In this document: positions 1 through 11,482 of the stretch, piece by piece
Layout: each line of letters starts with the position of its first letter
How positions within the stretch are numbered: position 1 is the first letter of the stretch
Source: Coprobacillaceae bacterium
Lineage (GTDB): Bacteria; Bacillota_I; Bacilli_A; Erysipelotrichales; Coprobacillaceae
Assembly: GCA_963675515.1 (NCBI GenBank)
Contig: OY776328.1
Coordinates: 30,001-62,000, forward strand
Length of the DNA: 32,000 nt
Reading direction: 5' to 3'
The notes under the pieces: model-generated
What the model saw: the letters and a program-made list of their open reading frames with translations, nothing else
What the model was told of the DNA's origin: nothing
Databases searched by the model: none
Position numbers and translations under genes: made by a program

Positions 1-1450
<1,450 letters not shown>

Positions 1451-1453
1451 CTA

Positions 1454-3412
<1,959 letters not shown>

Positions 3413-3428
3413 ACTGAAACTAATAGCG

Positions 3429-4172
3429 CTACTTTCCTGTTTCCTCCTTTTCCCGCGCTGATTTATAAACAACTCTTTCGATATGTATCGTCAAATAGAG
3501 TAGTTCGTCACTTGACAATCGGTAGTCATATTTATCCTTGATATAACTCGCAATTTTTAAAACACAGTTGTACACTGCCTGATACTTGACCTTGATGACT
3601 TCGAGCAAATCGCTGTCATCGCTATAAGGCTGCTGCTTGTTGATCAGCCTTTGGGCAAAGAACTTAAGATGGGTGATGAAACGATAGTAATAAACGCTCT
3701 CCTCATCGAGCTCGATTTTGAAGTAATAGCGGACCAGGTTGGTCACCTCAGTCATGATTCTGATAACCTCTTCAGGATTGGTATGGTCACTGTCAATCCG
3801 GCTGTTGACAAAGTGCAAGGCGATGAAGCCCGCCTCGTCATCAGGCAAACGCGGCCCCAAAGATTCAAGCCGGTCGAGGGCGTAAAGACCTACCAGATAT
3901 TCATTAGGATAGAATTTCTTGATTTCCCACAACAAGGCGTTGTTGATAGAGATGCCGTCTTGATAACGTTTCAGACTAGAATGAATGTGGTCAACAAGGG
4001 AAACATAGATCAAATCGGAGAACTTGGTATCCAGACTAAGTTTCGCATATTCGACAACTTCCTCAACCAGCTTGAAATATTCCAGCGGAATATCTTTGAG
4101 CAGCTCCTCAAATTGACCAATAGTTGTTGTTGACAATTCGAATATTTTTTCTATCAGGCTGTCATCAAAACT
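3429..4172 (-). pseudogene. licT: licT/bglG-family PRD antiterminator, 3' fragment (codon 38 to stop), separated from its 5' part by an IS insertion
   Basis: The translation contains PRD1/PRD2-type sequence (LVDHIHSSLKRYQ..., FIALHFVN..., YLTIHIERV). There is no native start codon. The listed M at 4136 is a TTG inside the original frame. Confidence 0.85.
3860..4172. repeat. Direct repeat copy 1 (313 bp), a target-site duplication flanking the IS
   Basis: It appears base-for-base identical to 6121-6433 by visual comparison. The antisense ORF translations of the two copies are also identical. Confidence 0.9.
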
Positions 4173-4330
4173 CCCTTGTTTGACAACTCAATGTGTAACC
4201 TTTTGCTAAAACATCATATATTCCATTGATTCTATGCGAACTTTTGTTCGCTATTTTTGTCAACACTTTCTGATTTTATTGTTGTGAAATGTATTGAAAT
4301 GTGGTATAATTGGCTTAGGCAGGTGATTTC

Positions 4331-6016
4331 ATGTTCCTAAAGAAGACTAAAAACAAGGATAGAATCTATTTATCGTACATTCATTCTTACCGAGAAGGCA
4401 AGAAAATCAAGCAAGTTACAATTAAGAAACTGGGTTATGTGGATGATTTGATGGCTACTTACGACGACCCTATCAAATACTTCACTGATAACCTTAAGAA
4501 ATTCGAAAAAGAGCTAATGCCTGAACTTGATAACGTCACTATCGAGCTTTCGCGCACTAAGGACATTGATTTCGATACCAACCGATTTTTCAATTTCGGC
4601 TATGCACCGCTTAAGCAGATTTACAATGACCTCGGGCTTTATGACTACTTTGTCAAATATCAAAAGAAGTCTATCTCAAAATACACCATCAATGAAATTA
4701 TAAAGCTTCTAGTATTTTCAAGAATTATCCATCCCGGATCAAAAAACGAGAACTTTTCTAAGAAGGATCAATTTTTTGAGCGGTTCAATTTTGAAGTTCA
4801 TGATATTTACCGTTGTCTTTCAGAGGTTTCCGATCTATCTCAAGAAATCCAATCCGTAATCAATAAATCCATCAAGTCAAAATATGGAAGAGACGATAAT
4901 CTCGCATATTATGATTGCACCAATTATTATTTCGAGATAAATCAAGAAGATGAGTTGAGACGAAAAGGTCCTAGCAAGGAGAAAAGAAAAACTCCCATTG
5001 TTCAAATGGGATTACTAATGGATTCAAATGGGTTTCCGATATCTTACAATATCTTCCCTGGTAATAAATCAGAAAAATTATCTTTAGTTCCTGAGGTAAA
5101 AAGACTTCGAAAGAACAATGGAATCGATAAGATAATTGTGGTAGCTGATCGCGGGCTCAATACTAGCGATAATATTTATCAGCTTGTCGGAAAAAGAGAT
5201 GGGTACGTCTATTCGCAAACCATCAGGGGCTCTTCAGCCAAATTCAAAGATTATGTATTGGACGAAAGTGGCTACGTGATTACCGAGAGCGGATTTAAGT
5301 ACAAAGAAAGAGTTGAGAAAAAATATATCAATTATACTGACACAAATGGCGAAAAGAAGAGAGCAAGTGTTCCACAAAAACAAATAGTTTTCTATAGTCC
5401 TGATTACGACAAAAGGGCAAAAGCTCTAAGATACGAAGCCATCAAGAAAGCCGAATCCTACGTTAAGTCACCAGGAAAATACAAGAGTTCTAAGGGTTAT
5501 GGAGCAGCGAAGTTTGTCAACGAGACAAATTACAACGATATTACCGGAGAAGTAGTTGAACAGTTTTTGGAGCTTGATCTGGATAAAATTTCTGAAGAAG
5601 AGAAATTCGATGGATATTATTCGATAGTAACAAGCGAAATCGAGAAATCATCTGAAGAAGTAATAGAAATATACAGGGGCTTGTGGCGAATTGAAGAATC
5701 GTTCAAAATCACTAAATCAGAATTCAAAGCAAGACCGGTTTATCTTAGCCGAGAAGAAAGGATAAACAGTCATTTTCTAACGTGCTTCATCGCATTGGCA
5801 ATAATGAGGGTACTGGAATACGAATTAGGCAGAAAACACGCCGTATCATCGATAATCGAAGCAATGAGGGAGTGTATCCTCATTAACGTAAACAATAATA
5901 ATTATATTCCAGGAAACAGAAATAAGATAATGGATGAAATCGGTCAAAAGTATGGGATAAATTTTAACCGTCAAGTATACACTCGCCAAGATATAAAAAA
6001 AATTTTGAAAAATTAA
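4331..6016 (+). CDS. IS1634-family DDE transposase (561 aa)
   Basis: The N-terminus MFLKKTKNKDRIYLSYIHSYREGKKIKQVTIKKLGY is typical of IS1634-family transposases as I recall them. Candidate DDE residues lie in YYDCTNYYF, VVADRGLNT and YRGLWRIEESFKITKSEF. An extended -10 promoter (TGGTATAAT) and an RBS AGGCAGGTG lie upstream. Confidence 0.8.
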   Translation: MFLKKTKNKDRIYLSYIHSYREGKKIKQVTIKKLGYVDDLMATYDDPIKYFTDNLKKFEKELMPELDNVTIELSRTKDIDFDTNRFFNFGYAPLKQIYNDLGLYDYFVKYQKKSISKYTINEIIKLLVFSRIIHPGSKNENFSKKDQFFERFNFEVHDIYRCLSEVSDLSQEIQSVINKSIKSKYGRDDNLAYYDCTNYYFEINQEDELRRKGPSKEKRKTPIVQMGLLMDSNGFPISYNIFPGNKSEKLSLVPEVKRLRKNNGIDKIIVVADRGLNTSDNIYQLVGKRDGYVYSQTIRGSSAKFKDYVLDESGYVITESGFKYKERVEKKYINYTDTNGEKKRASVPQKQIVFYSPDYDKRAKALRYEAIKKAESYVKSPGKYKSSKGYGAAKFVNETNYNDITGEVVEQFLELDLDKISEEEKFDGYYSIVTSEIEKSSEEVIEIYRGLWRIEESFKITKSEFKARPVYLSREERINSHFLTCFIALAIMRVLEYELGRKHAVSSIIEAMRECILINVNNNNYIPGNRNKIMDEIGQKYGINFNRQVYTRQDIKKILKN

Positions 6017-6052
6017 TATTCGGATCTATTTCACAACATAAAAATCAAAATC

Positions 6053-6098
6053 AAAAACCGCTGAAACCCTTATTATGTCTAGGTTTCAACGGTTTTTT
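6053..6098. terminator. Bidirectional intrinsic terminator hairpin inside the IS right end
   Basis: The sequence is AAAAACCGCTGAAACC-(13-nt loop)-GGTTTCAACGGTTTTTT. The stem is 11 bp with one mismatch and is flanked by an A-run and a T-run, so it has a U-tract in either orientation. Confidence 0.7.
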
Positions 6099-6118
6099 AC
6101 ACACTATGGGTGTCAAAC

Positions 6119-6544
6119 TCAAGATTCAAGCCGGTCGAGGGCGTAAAGACCTACCAGATATTCATTAGGATAGAATTTCTTGATTTCCCACAACAAGGCG
6201 TTGTTGATAGAGATGCCGTCTTGATAACGTTTCAGACTAGAATGAATGTGGTCAACAAGGGAAACATAGATCAAATCGGAGAACTTGGTATCCAGACTAA
6301 GTTTCGCATATTCGACAACTTCCTCAACCAGCTTGAAATATTCCAGCGGAATATCTTTGAGCAGCTCCTCAAATTGACCAATAGTTGTTGTTGACAATTC
6401 GAATATTTTTTCTATCAGGCTGTCATCAAAACTGTCACCCGGCCTCTTCTTGAAGGCAAGGCCCCGGCCCATAACCACTTTCTCTTTTTTGTCCTGGTCG
6501 ACGACGACCACAACATTGTTGTTCAATATCTTGTCTATTATCAT
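6119..6544 (-). pseudogene. licT: licT/bglG-family antiterminator, 5' fragment (141 codons: CAT RNA-binding domain plus part of PRD1), truncated by the IS
   Basis: MIIDKILNNNVVVVVDQDKKEKVVMGRGLAFKKRPGD... is the classic CAT domain. An RBS GGAGGC lies 4 nt before the ATG at 6544. The stop TGA (6121-6119) is created at the repeat/IS junction. Confidence 0.85.
6121..6433. repeat. Direct repeat copy 2 (313 bp), a target-site duplication flanking the IS
   Basis: It appears identical to 3860-4172. Removing 3860-6120 restores a single in-frame 284-codon licT ORF. Confidence 0.9.
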
Positions 6545-6555
6545 TCTGCCTCCAT

Positions 6556-6610
6556 AAAAAAACCTACACAAAAACAAACCAATAACGGCCGCCAGTCTTC
6601 ATGTAGGTTT
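6556..6610 (-). terminator. Conditional intrinsic terminator in the licT leader
   Basis: The minus strand reads AAACCTACA-(loop)-TGTAGGTTT followed by a T-run. The 5' arm overlaps the 3' end of the upstream RAT, which is the standard RAT/terminator arrangement. Confidence 0.75.
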
Positions 6611-6634
6611 AGCTTGAAAAATCAATAACTATCC
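6606..6634 (-). promoter_or_regulatory. RAT element in the licT leader
   Basis: The minus strand reads GGATAGTTATTGATTTTTCAAGCTAAACC. This fits the RAT pattern (GGAT.GTTA.TG......CA.GC.AAACC) and overlaps the terminator stem. Confidence 0.7.
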
Positions 6635-6644
6635 TGTGAACAAT

Positions 6645-6653
6645 ACTATAGCA
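6645..6653 (-). promoter_or_regulatory. Putative extended -10 promoter of the bgl operon (TGCTATAGT)
   Basis: A TGnTATAGT sequence lies about 10-15 nt upstream of the RAT. There is no good -35 hexamer at 17-bp spacing. Confidence 0.4.
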
Positions 6654-6729
6654 CATCATCGTGGTTGCCCTTACTTTTTTCAAAATTTGAAAATCACTTG
6701 CTTTTTATTTATAACACAATTAGCGCAAA

Positions 6730-6754
6730 CAAAAAAGAGGTGAATTTCACCTCT
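6730..6754 (-). terminator. Intrinsic terminator after tpiA
   Basis: The minus strand reads AGAGGTGA-AAT-TCACCTCT followed by TTTTTT, immediately after the tpiA stop codon. Confidence 0.85.
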
Positions 6755-6760
6755 TGATAA

Positions 6761-7504
6761 TTAAGCTAAAGCGTCAACCATTGCCAGGAATGATGCCACT
6801 TCCAATGAAGCTCCACCAACCAAAGCTCCGTCGATGTCTGGCTGTTCCAACAATTCTTTCAATGTTTCAGGTTTAACTGATCCACCGTATTGGATTCTTA
6901 CTTTGTCAGCCACTTCTTGAGTGAACATTTCAGCCAACACTTCGCGGATATAAGCGCAAACGTCTTGAGCGATTTCGTTTGTAGCAGTCTTACCAGTTCC
7001 AATAGCCCATACTGGTTCATAAGCGATTACCACTTTTTCCATATCTCCAGCAGCAACATCTTTGAATGCGGCAGTTGTTTGAGTTTTGCACACTTCCTTA
7101 GTTGTTCCAGCTTCGTATTCTTCCAAAGTTTCACCAACACATACGATTGGAGCCAATCCTTTTTCCAAAGATTTCAATGTTTTGGCGTTAACTGTTTCGT
7201 CAGTTTCACCGAAATACTGTCTTCTTTCAGAGTGTCCCAGGATAACCCATTCGATGTTGATTTCTTTTAGCATGTCCGCACTGATTTCTCCAGTGTAGGC
7301 ACCGCTGTCTTTGAAATGGCAGTTTTCAGCAGAAATCACCAAATTTGTAGCAGCTTCTTTGGCAGCTTGCAATGCCAAATATGGAGCAGCGATTCCCCAA
7401 GTTGCTTTATCATTCAATTTTCCATCAACCGCTTCTACAAATGCTTTTGTTTCAGCGATAGTTTTGTTCATTTTCCAGTTTCCAACAATTATTGGTTTTC
7501 TCAT
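6761..7504 (-). CDS. tpiA: Triosephosphate isomerase
   Basis: It carries MRKPIIVGNWKMNKT, ...ILGHSERR... and AYEPVWAIGTGKTAT, the hallmark TIM motifs. The ATG at 7504 is preferred over the TTG at 7507 listed in the ORF track. Confidence 0.95.
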   Translation of the reverse strand: MRKPIIVGNWKMNKTIAETKAFVEAVDGKLNDKATWGIAAPYLALQAAKEAATNLVISAENCHFKDSGAYTGEISADMLKEINIEWVILGHSERRQYFGETDETVNAKTLKSLEKGLAPIVCVGETLEEYEAGTTKEVCKTQTTAAFKDVAAGDMEKVVIAYEPVWAIGTGKTATNEIAQDVCAYIREVLAEMFTQEVADKVRIQYGGSVKPETLKELLEQPDIDGALVGGASLEVASFLAMVDALA

Positions 7505-7525
7505 CAATCTATATTCCTTTTCTAA

Positions 7526-8710
7526 TTATTTGTCATCAATTGCAGCGATACCAGGAAGAACTTTACCTTCCATGTATTCCAATGAAGCTCCACCACCAGT
7601 TGAGATGTGGCTTACTCTATCAGCATAACCAAGTTGCATAACAGCAGCAGCAGAATCCCCACCACCGATGATTGTGTTTGCACCTTCCAAGTTAGCCAAT
7701 GCTTCACATACGGCGATTGTTCCTTTTGCGAATGGTTCTAATTCGAACACACCCATTGGGCCGTTCCAGATTACAGTTTTGGCACCTTGTAATTCTTTTG
7801 CGAACAGTTCGATTGATTTAGGTCCGATGTCAAGTCCCATGTATCCGGCTGGCACATCTTCACCACATTCTTTGATATCTCCATCAACACCGAATTTGTC
7901 TGAACAAATTGAGTCGATTGGTAAGATCAGTTTCCCTTTTCCTTTTTCGATAAATGATTTAGCCAAATCAACTTTATCTTCCTCTAATAATGAATTTCCG
8001 ATTTCATGTCCCATTGCTTTTGCGAAAGTATAGCACATACCTCCACCAACTATGATCTTGTCAGCAACGTTCAACAGGTTTTCAATAACTCCAATTTTGT
8101 CAGAAACTTTCGCTCCACCTAAAATTGCAACCAATGGTCTTTCAGGATCGTTTACCGCTTTACCGATATAAGCGATTTCCTTTTCAACCAGGAATCCTAC
8201 CGCGCTTGGCAAGTTAGCTGGAATTCCAGCTGTTGAAGCATGGGCACGGTGCACTGAACCGAATGCGTCTTCAACAAAGACATCACCCAATGAAGCCCAG
8301 TATTTCCCCAATTCAGGATCGTTTTTAGATTCCCCAGCTTCATAACGAGTGTTTTGCACCAAGATCACTTGAGCATCAGTCGCTTCCTTGATAGCTGTTT
8401 CCAATTCTTCACCGCGAGTAGCGTTGATGAATTTTACAGGGCGTCCCAAATGTTTTTCCAGACAAGGAGCTACCACAGCCAAATCGTTTTTAGCTTTGTC
8501 TTCTTCAGTTTTGACTTTCCCTAAGTGTGAGAATAAAACGATAGCTTTAGGTCCTTGTTCAATCAAATAGTTGATTGTAGGCAAAGCCGCAACCACACGG
8601 TTGTCGTTTGTGATTTCTCCAGTTTCTTTGCTTCTTGGTACATTGAAGTCAACACGGCACAATACTGTTTTGCCAGCAACATCAATATCCTTAATAGTTT
8701 TTTTATCCAT
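7526..8710 (-). CDS. pgk: Phosphoglycerate kinase
   Basis: The 394-aa product contains RVDFNVP, ...FSHLGKV... and GGGDSAAAV motifs. An RBS GGAGGA lies upstream, and the gene sits 18 nt upstream of tpiA. Confidence 0.95.
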   Translation of the reverse strand: MDKKTIKDIDVAGKTVLCRVDFNVPRSKETGEITNDNRVVAALPTINYLIEQGPKAIVLFSHLGKVKTEEDKAKNDLAVVAPCLEKHLGRPVKFINATRGEELETAIKEATDAQVILVQNTRYEAGESKNDPELGKYWASLGDVFVEDAFGSVHRAHASTAGIPANLPSAVGFLVEKEIAYIGKAVNDPERPLVAILGGAKVSDKIGVIENLLNVADKIIVGGGMCYTFAKAMGHEIGNSLLEEDKVDLAKSFIEKGKGKLILPIDSICSDKFGVDGDIKECGEDVPAGYMGLDIGPKSIELFAKELQGAKTVIWNGPMGVFELEPFAKGTIAVCEALANLEGANTIIGGGDSAAAVMQLGYADRVSHISTGGGASLEYMEGKVLPGIAAIDDK

Positions 8711-8733
8711 TATTACAGTCCTCCATGTAGTGA

Positions 8734-8762
8734 ATTATATCATCTCGATATGTACATTTCAA
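8734..8762 (-). promoter_or_regulatory. Sigma-A type promoter for pgk-tpiA
   Basis: The minus strand has TTGAAA (8762-8757), a 17-nt spacer and TATAAT (8739-8734), about 25 nt upstream of the pgk ATG. Confidence 0.7.
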
Positions 8763-8890
8763 CTGCATAATCGCGTAAAAAAGCCGTTCGAAGCATATAT
8801 TCCAAGATAATCTTTCGAAAAATATCAAGTCCTCAACAAATATTTGGCCAAATCCTAAATCAAAGTTTTTCAAGCGTTGTTTCGTCCCAA

Positions 8891-9748
8891 TCAATCAATC
8901 GGCGCATGGTAAAACCGCCCTTGAAAAGAAAGCGCTTTGGTTGTGTTGACTATGATGTCTTTATCAACCCCGACCAATGCCTCGATTATCTCATCGACCT
9001 GATATGAGTTCACAACCGAAACCAGTGTTGCGAATTTCTTGTTGGAATATCCTCCATGGCAATCGAACACTGTGATTCCATGACGGGCGTGCTGGAAAAA
9101 CGCTTTTTTCACCGGTCCTGGATTGGCGGTCACAATTTCCATCCGAACCAACTTGTAACGGGTGTGGAACCTTGAAATTGTCTGGGTCGAGATAAATTGG
9201 AACAACACCGTATACCCAGCCGGCTCAGCGCCATAGAGATAACCAAATATCATCATGATCAGGATATTGAATGCAAAAACCTGATTCCAGATTTCTTTGC
9301 CCGTCTTGTTCGAAACATACAAGGCGATGAAGTCGGTCCCGCCCGATGACGCTCCCGCCTTCAAAGCGATGGTTATCGCTACCCCGAAGAAGAATCCGCC
9401 AAAAACCACCTTGAGAAGAATGTCATCGACCACATGGACAACCGGGATCACGCGTAGAAATGATGCCGTCAGACCGACATGTATCAGTGAGAAGATGGTG
9501 AACCGGGGCGATATCTCCTTGAAACAGAACAGGGCCACGGGGATATTGAGCCCCAGCAGCACCAGATAGGTCGGTATTTCGAACCCCAGGGAATTGGAGA
9601 CCAGGTTTGTAAGCAGGGCAATTCCCATAAACCCTCCCGACAATATTTTCGAACCCTGGATAAGGGTGTTGGTGGCAAGCGACATCATCAGGGCTGATCC
9701 CGTTATAAGCACCAGTGATCTGAAATTCTTGACTGTTGCAATCTTCAT
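8891..9748 (-). CDS. YitT-family integral membrane protein (DUF2179 C-terminal domain)
   Basis: It has multiple TM helices with the GGFMGIALL and GASSGGTDF motifs typical of YitT/YpjC-like proteins, plus a soluble C-terminal domain. I prefer the start at 9748 (MKIATVK, RBS GGAAGGAAA), because the ilv-leu terminator occupies 9762-9794. Confidence 0.7.
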   Translation of the reverse strand: MKIATVKNFRSLVLITGSALMMSLATNTLIQGSKILSGGFMGIALLTNLVSNSLGFEIPTYLVLLGLNIPVALFCFKEISPRFTIFSLIHVGLTASFLRVIPVVHVVDDILLKVVFGGFFFGVAITIALKAGASSGGTDFIALYVSNKTGKEIWNQVFAFNILIMMIFGYLYGAEPAGYTVLFQFISTQTISRFHTRYKLVRMEIVTANPGPVKKAFFQHARHGITVFDCHGGYSNKKFATLVSVVNSYQVDEIIEALVGVDKDIIVNTTKALSFQGRFYHAPID

Positions 9749-9761
9749 AATATTTCCTTCC

Positions 9762-9794
9762 AAAAAAAATAAGCTATCTTTTCAGATAACTTAT
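9762..9794 (-). terminator. Intrinsic terminator at the end of the ilv-leu operon
   Basis: The minus strand reads ATAAGTTATCT-GAAA-AGATAGCTTAT (11 bp, one mismatch) followed by a run of T. It overlaps the ilvB stop codon. Confidence 0.75.
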
Positions 9795-11467
9795 TTAGAT
9801 TCCAAATCCTTTTGATCGAAAACTTCGGAAATAGCTTTGCCCGGCGCTACCATCGGCCATACTTTTTCGTCTTTTCCAATCATGCACTCGATCACAACCG
9901 GACCGTCATGGTCCAAGGCTGCGGCGATCGCCGGTTCCAGCTGTTCGACAGTTTCGACCTTGAACGCCTTGCACCCAAGTCCTTCAGCAACTTTGCAGAA
10001 GTCAACCTTGTCTTTCAGGATCGTATGCGAATATCTTTGGCCGTAGAACAGGTCTTGCCATTGGCGAACCATTCCCAGCACTTCGTTGTTCAAGACAATC
10101 TCGATAATCGGGATATTGTAGCGGCTGGCAGTAGCCAACTCGTTGAGGTTCATCCTGAAGCATCCATCGCCCGCAAAATTGATTACGGTCTTTTCCGGTT
10201 TTGCCATTTTGGCTCCAAGAGCCGCTCCCAGTCCGTATCCCATTGTCCCAAGCCCGCCTGAAGTAATCAGCTGGCGCGGGAATTTGAACTTGTAGAATTG
10301 AGCTGTCCACATCTGGTGTTGCCCTACGTCAGTTACGATAATCGCGTCATTGTTGGTCATCTCGCTGACTTTTTCAATTACCAGCGGACCAGTCAATCCA
10401 CCAGGGTACGTAATCGGGAAATTATCCTTCAAGTCACGGATTTCTTTCATCCATTGGGGATGATTTTGTTGCTCCAAAAGACTGTTCAATTCTTTGACAA
10501 TCTTGCGGGCGTCTCCGACAACTCCCAGGTCGACCTTGATGTTCTTGTTTATTTCAGCAGCATCGACATCGATATGGATGATCTTGGCATTTGGAGCAAA
10601 ATGTTTCGAGTTGCCGATTACCCGGTCGGAAAAACGAGTCCCGATCGCAATCAACAAATCGCATCTTGAAACGCCAAGGTTGCTGGCCTTTGTTCCATGC
10701 ATTCCCAGCATACCGGTGTAGCGGGGTCTGGTCGTGTCATAGGCACCTTTGGCCATCAGCGAATCGCAAACCGGTGCGTCAACGATGTTCGCGAATTCAA
10801 GCAATTCCTCATTGGCACCCGAGATCACTGTCCCGCCACCGATAAAAATCATCGGTTTGCTTGACTTTCTGATCATGCTCAACGCCCCTTCGATATCTTC
10901 AGGCGCATAAGTGTATCCGCGGGTATCGATGAATTCCGGTTCAACAGGCTCATATTCTGCGATTTCCGCAGTCGCGTTTTTGGTCACGTCAATCAGAACC
11001 GGACCCGGCCGACCTTCAACAGCAATCTGGAAAGCCTTTCTGATAGTCGGAGCCAGATCCTGGGCATCCTTGATGATGAAATTGTGTTTGGTGATCGGCA
11101 TTGTCACTCCCAGGATATCGATTTCCTGGAAGCTGTCCTTTCCTAGAAGCGAACGTCCCACGTTGGCTGTTATGGCAACCAAAGGAACCGAATCGAGAAA
11201 TGCCGTCGCGATTCCGGTAACCAGGTTTGTCGCACCCGGACCCGAAGTCGCGAAACAAACGCCAACTTTGCCGCTTGCCCGAGCATAGCCGTCAGCCGCA
11301 TGGGCCGCCCCTTGCTCGTGCGATGTTAAAATATGATTTATCTTGTCGGAGTGATTATACAGGCTGTCGTAGACGTTTAGAATTGCTCCACCAGGGTAAC
11401 CGAATATCGTGTCAACGCCTTGTTCGATAAGACATTTGATTATAATGTCCGAACCATTTAATTCCAT
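9791..11467 (-). CDS. ilvB: Acetolactate synthase (acetohydroxyacid synthase) large subunit, biosynthetic type
   Basis: The 558-aa ThDP enzyme contains GYPGGAIL, ...GPGATNLVTG... and the GLGTMGYGLGAALGAK...GDGCFRMN ThDP-binding motif. It is the last gene of the ilv-leu operon. Confidence 0.9.
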   Translation of the reverse strand: MELNGSDIIIKCLIEQGVDTIFGYPGGAILNVYDSLYNHSDKINHILTSHEQGAAHAADGYARASGKVGVCFATSGPGATNLVTGIATAFLDSVPLVAITANVGRSLLGKDSFQEIDILGVTMPITKHNFIIKDAQDLAPTIRKAFQIAVEGRPGPVLIDVTKNATAEIAEYEPVEPEFIDTRGYTYAPEDIEGALSMIRKSSKPMIFIGGGTVISGANEELLEFANIVDAPVCDSLMAKGAYDTTRPRYTGMLGMHGTKASNLGVSRCDLLIAIGTRFSDRVIGNSKHFAPNAKIIHIDVDAAEINKNIKVDLGVVGDARKIVKELNSLLEQQNHPQWMKEIRDLKDNFPITYPGGLTGPLVIEKVSEMTNNDAIIVTDVGQHQMWTAQFYKFKFPRQLITSGGLGTMGYGLGAALGAKMAKPEKTVINFAGDGCFRMNLNELATASRYNIPIIEIVLNNEVLGMVRQWQDLFYGQRYSHTILKDKVDFCKVAEGLGCKAFKVETVEQLEPAIAAALDHDGPVVIECMIGKDEKVWPMVAPGKAISEVFDQKDLESK

Positions 11468-11482
11468 ATTATATCCTCCTTC

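Larger units (their letters stand above)
4173..6120 (+). mobile_element. IS1634-like (IS4 superfamily) insertion sequence, about 1.95 kb
   Basis: It is bounded by the 313-bp direct repeats. The termini are imperfect inverted repeats (left CCCTTGTTTGACAACTCAATGTGTAA; reverse complement of right GAGTTTGACACCCATAGTGTGTAA). It holds a single DDE transposase ORF and is visibly more AT-rich than its flanks. Confidence 0.85.

Noticed and set aside
3651-4133. 160-aa plus-strand ORF and its twin at 6110-6394 (94 aa) with identical C-terminal sequence, which might suggest a duplicated small gene
   Set aside because: Both are antisense shadows of licT. Their identity is simply a consequence of the 313-bp target duplication.
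3429-6577. Two licT-like ORFs (235 aa and 152 aa) that could be read as two paralogous antiterminators
   Set aside because: They share a 313-bp identical overlap and join into one in-frame 284-codon gene once the IS and one repeat are removed. The 235-aa ORF starts at an internal TTG with no RBS. The extra 11 N-terminal residues of the 152-aa ORF lie over the leader terminator.
8878-8893. Short tandem repeat CAAT CAAT CAAT C at the YitT-family gene stop
   Set aside because: There are only about three units, partly within the coding end (..PID stop). This is too short to call a repeat locus or a phase-variation tract.
9791-11467. The distal ThDP enzyme could be a catabolic acetolactate synthase (AlsS) rather than IlvB
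   Set aside because: It is the last cistron of the T-box-controlled ilv-leu operon, 16 nt after ilvD, with no alsD or alsR. It is the only candidate partner for the ilvN-encoded regulatory subunit in the operon. The question remains formally testable by phylogeny.
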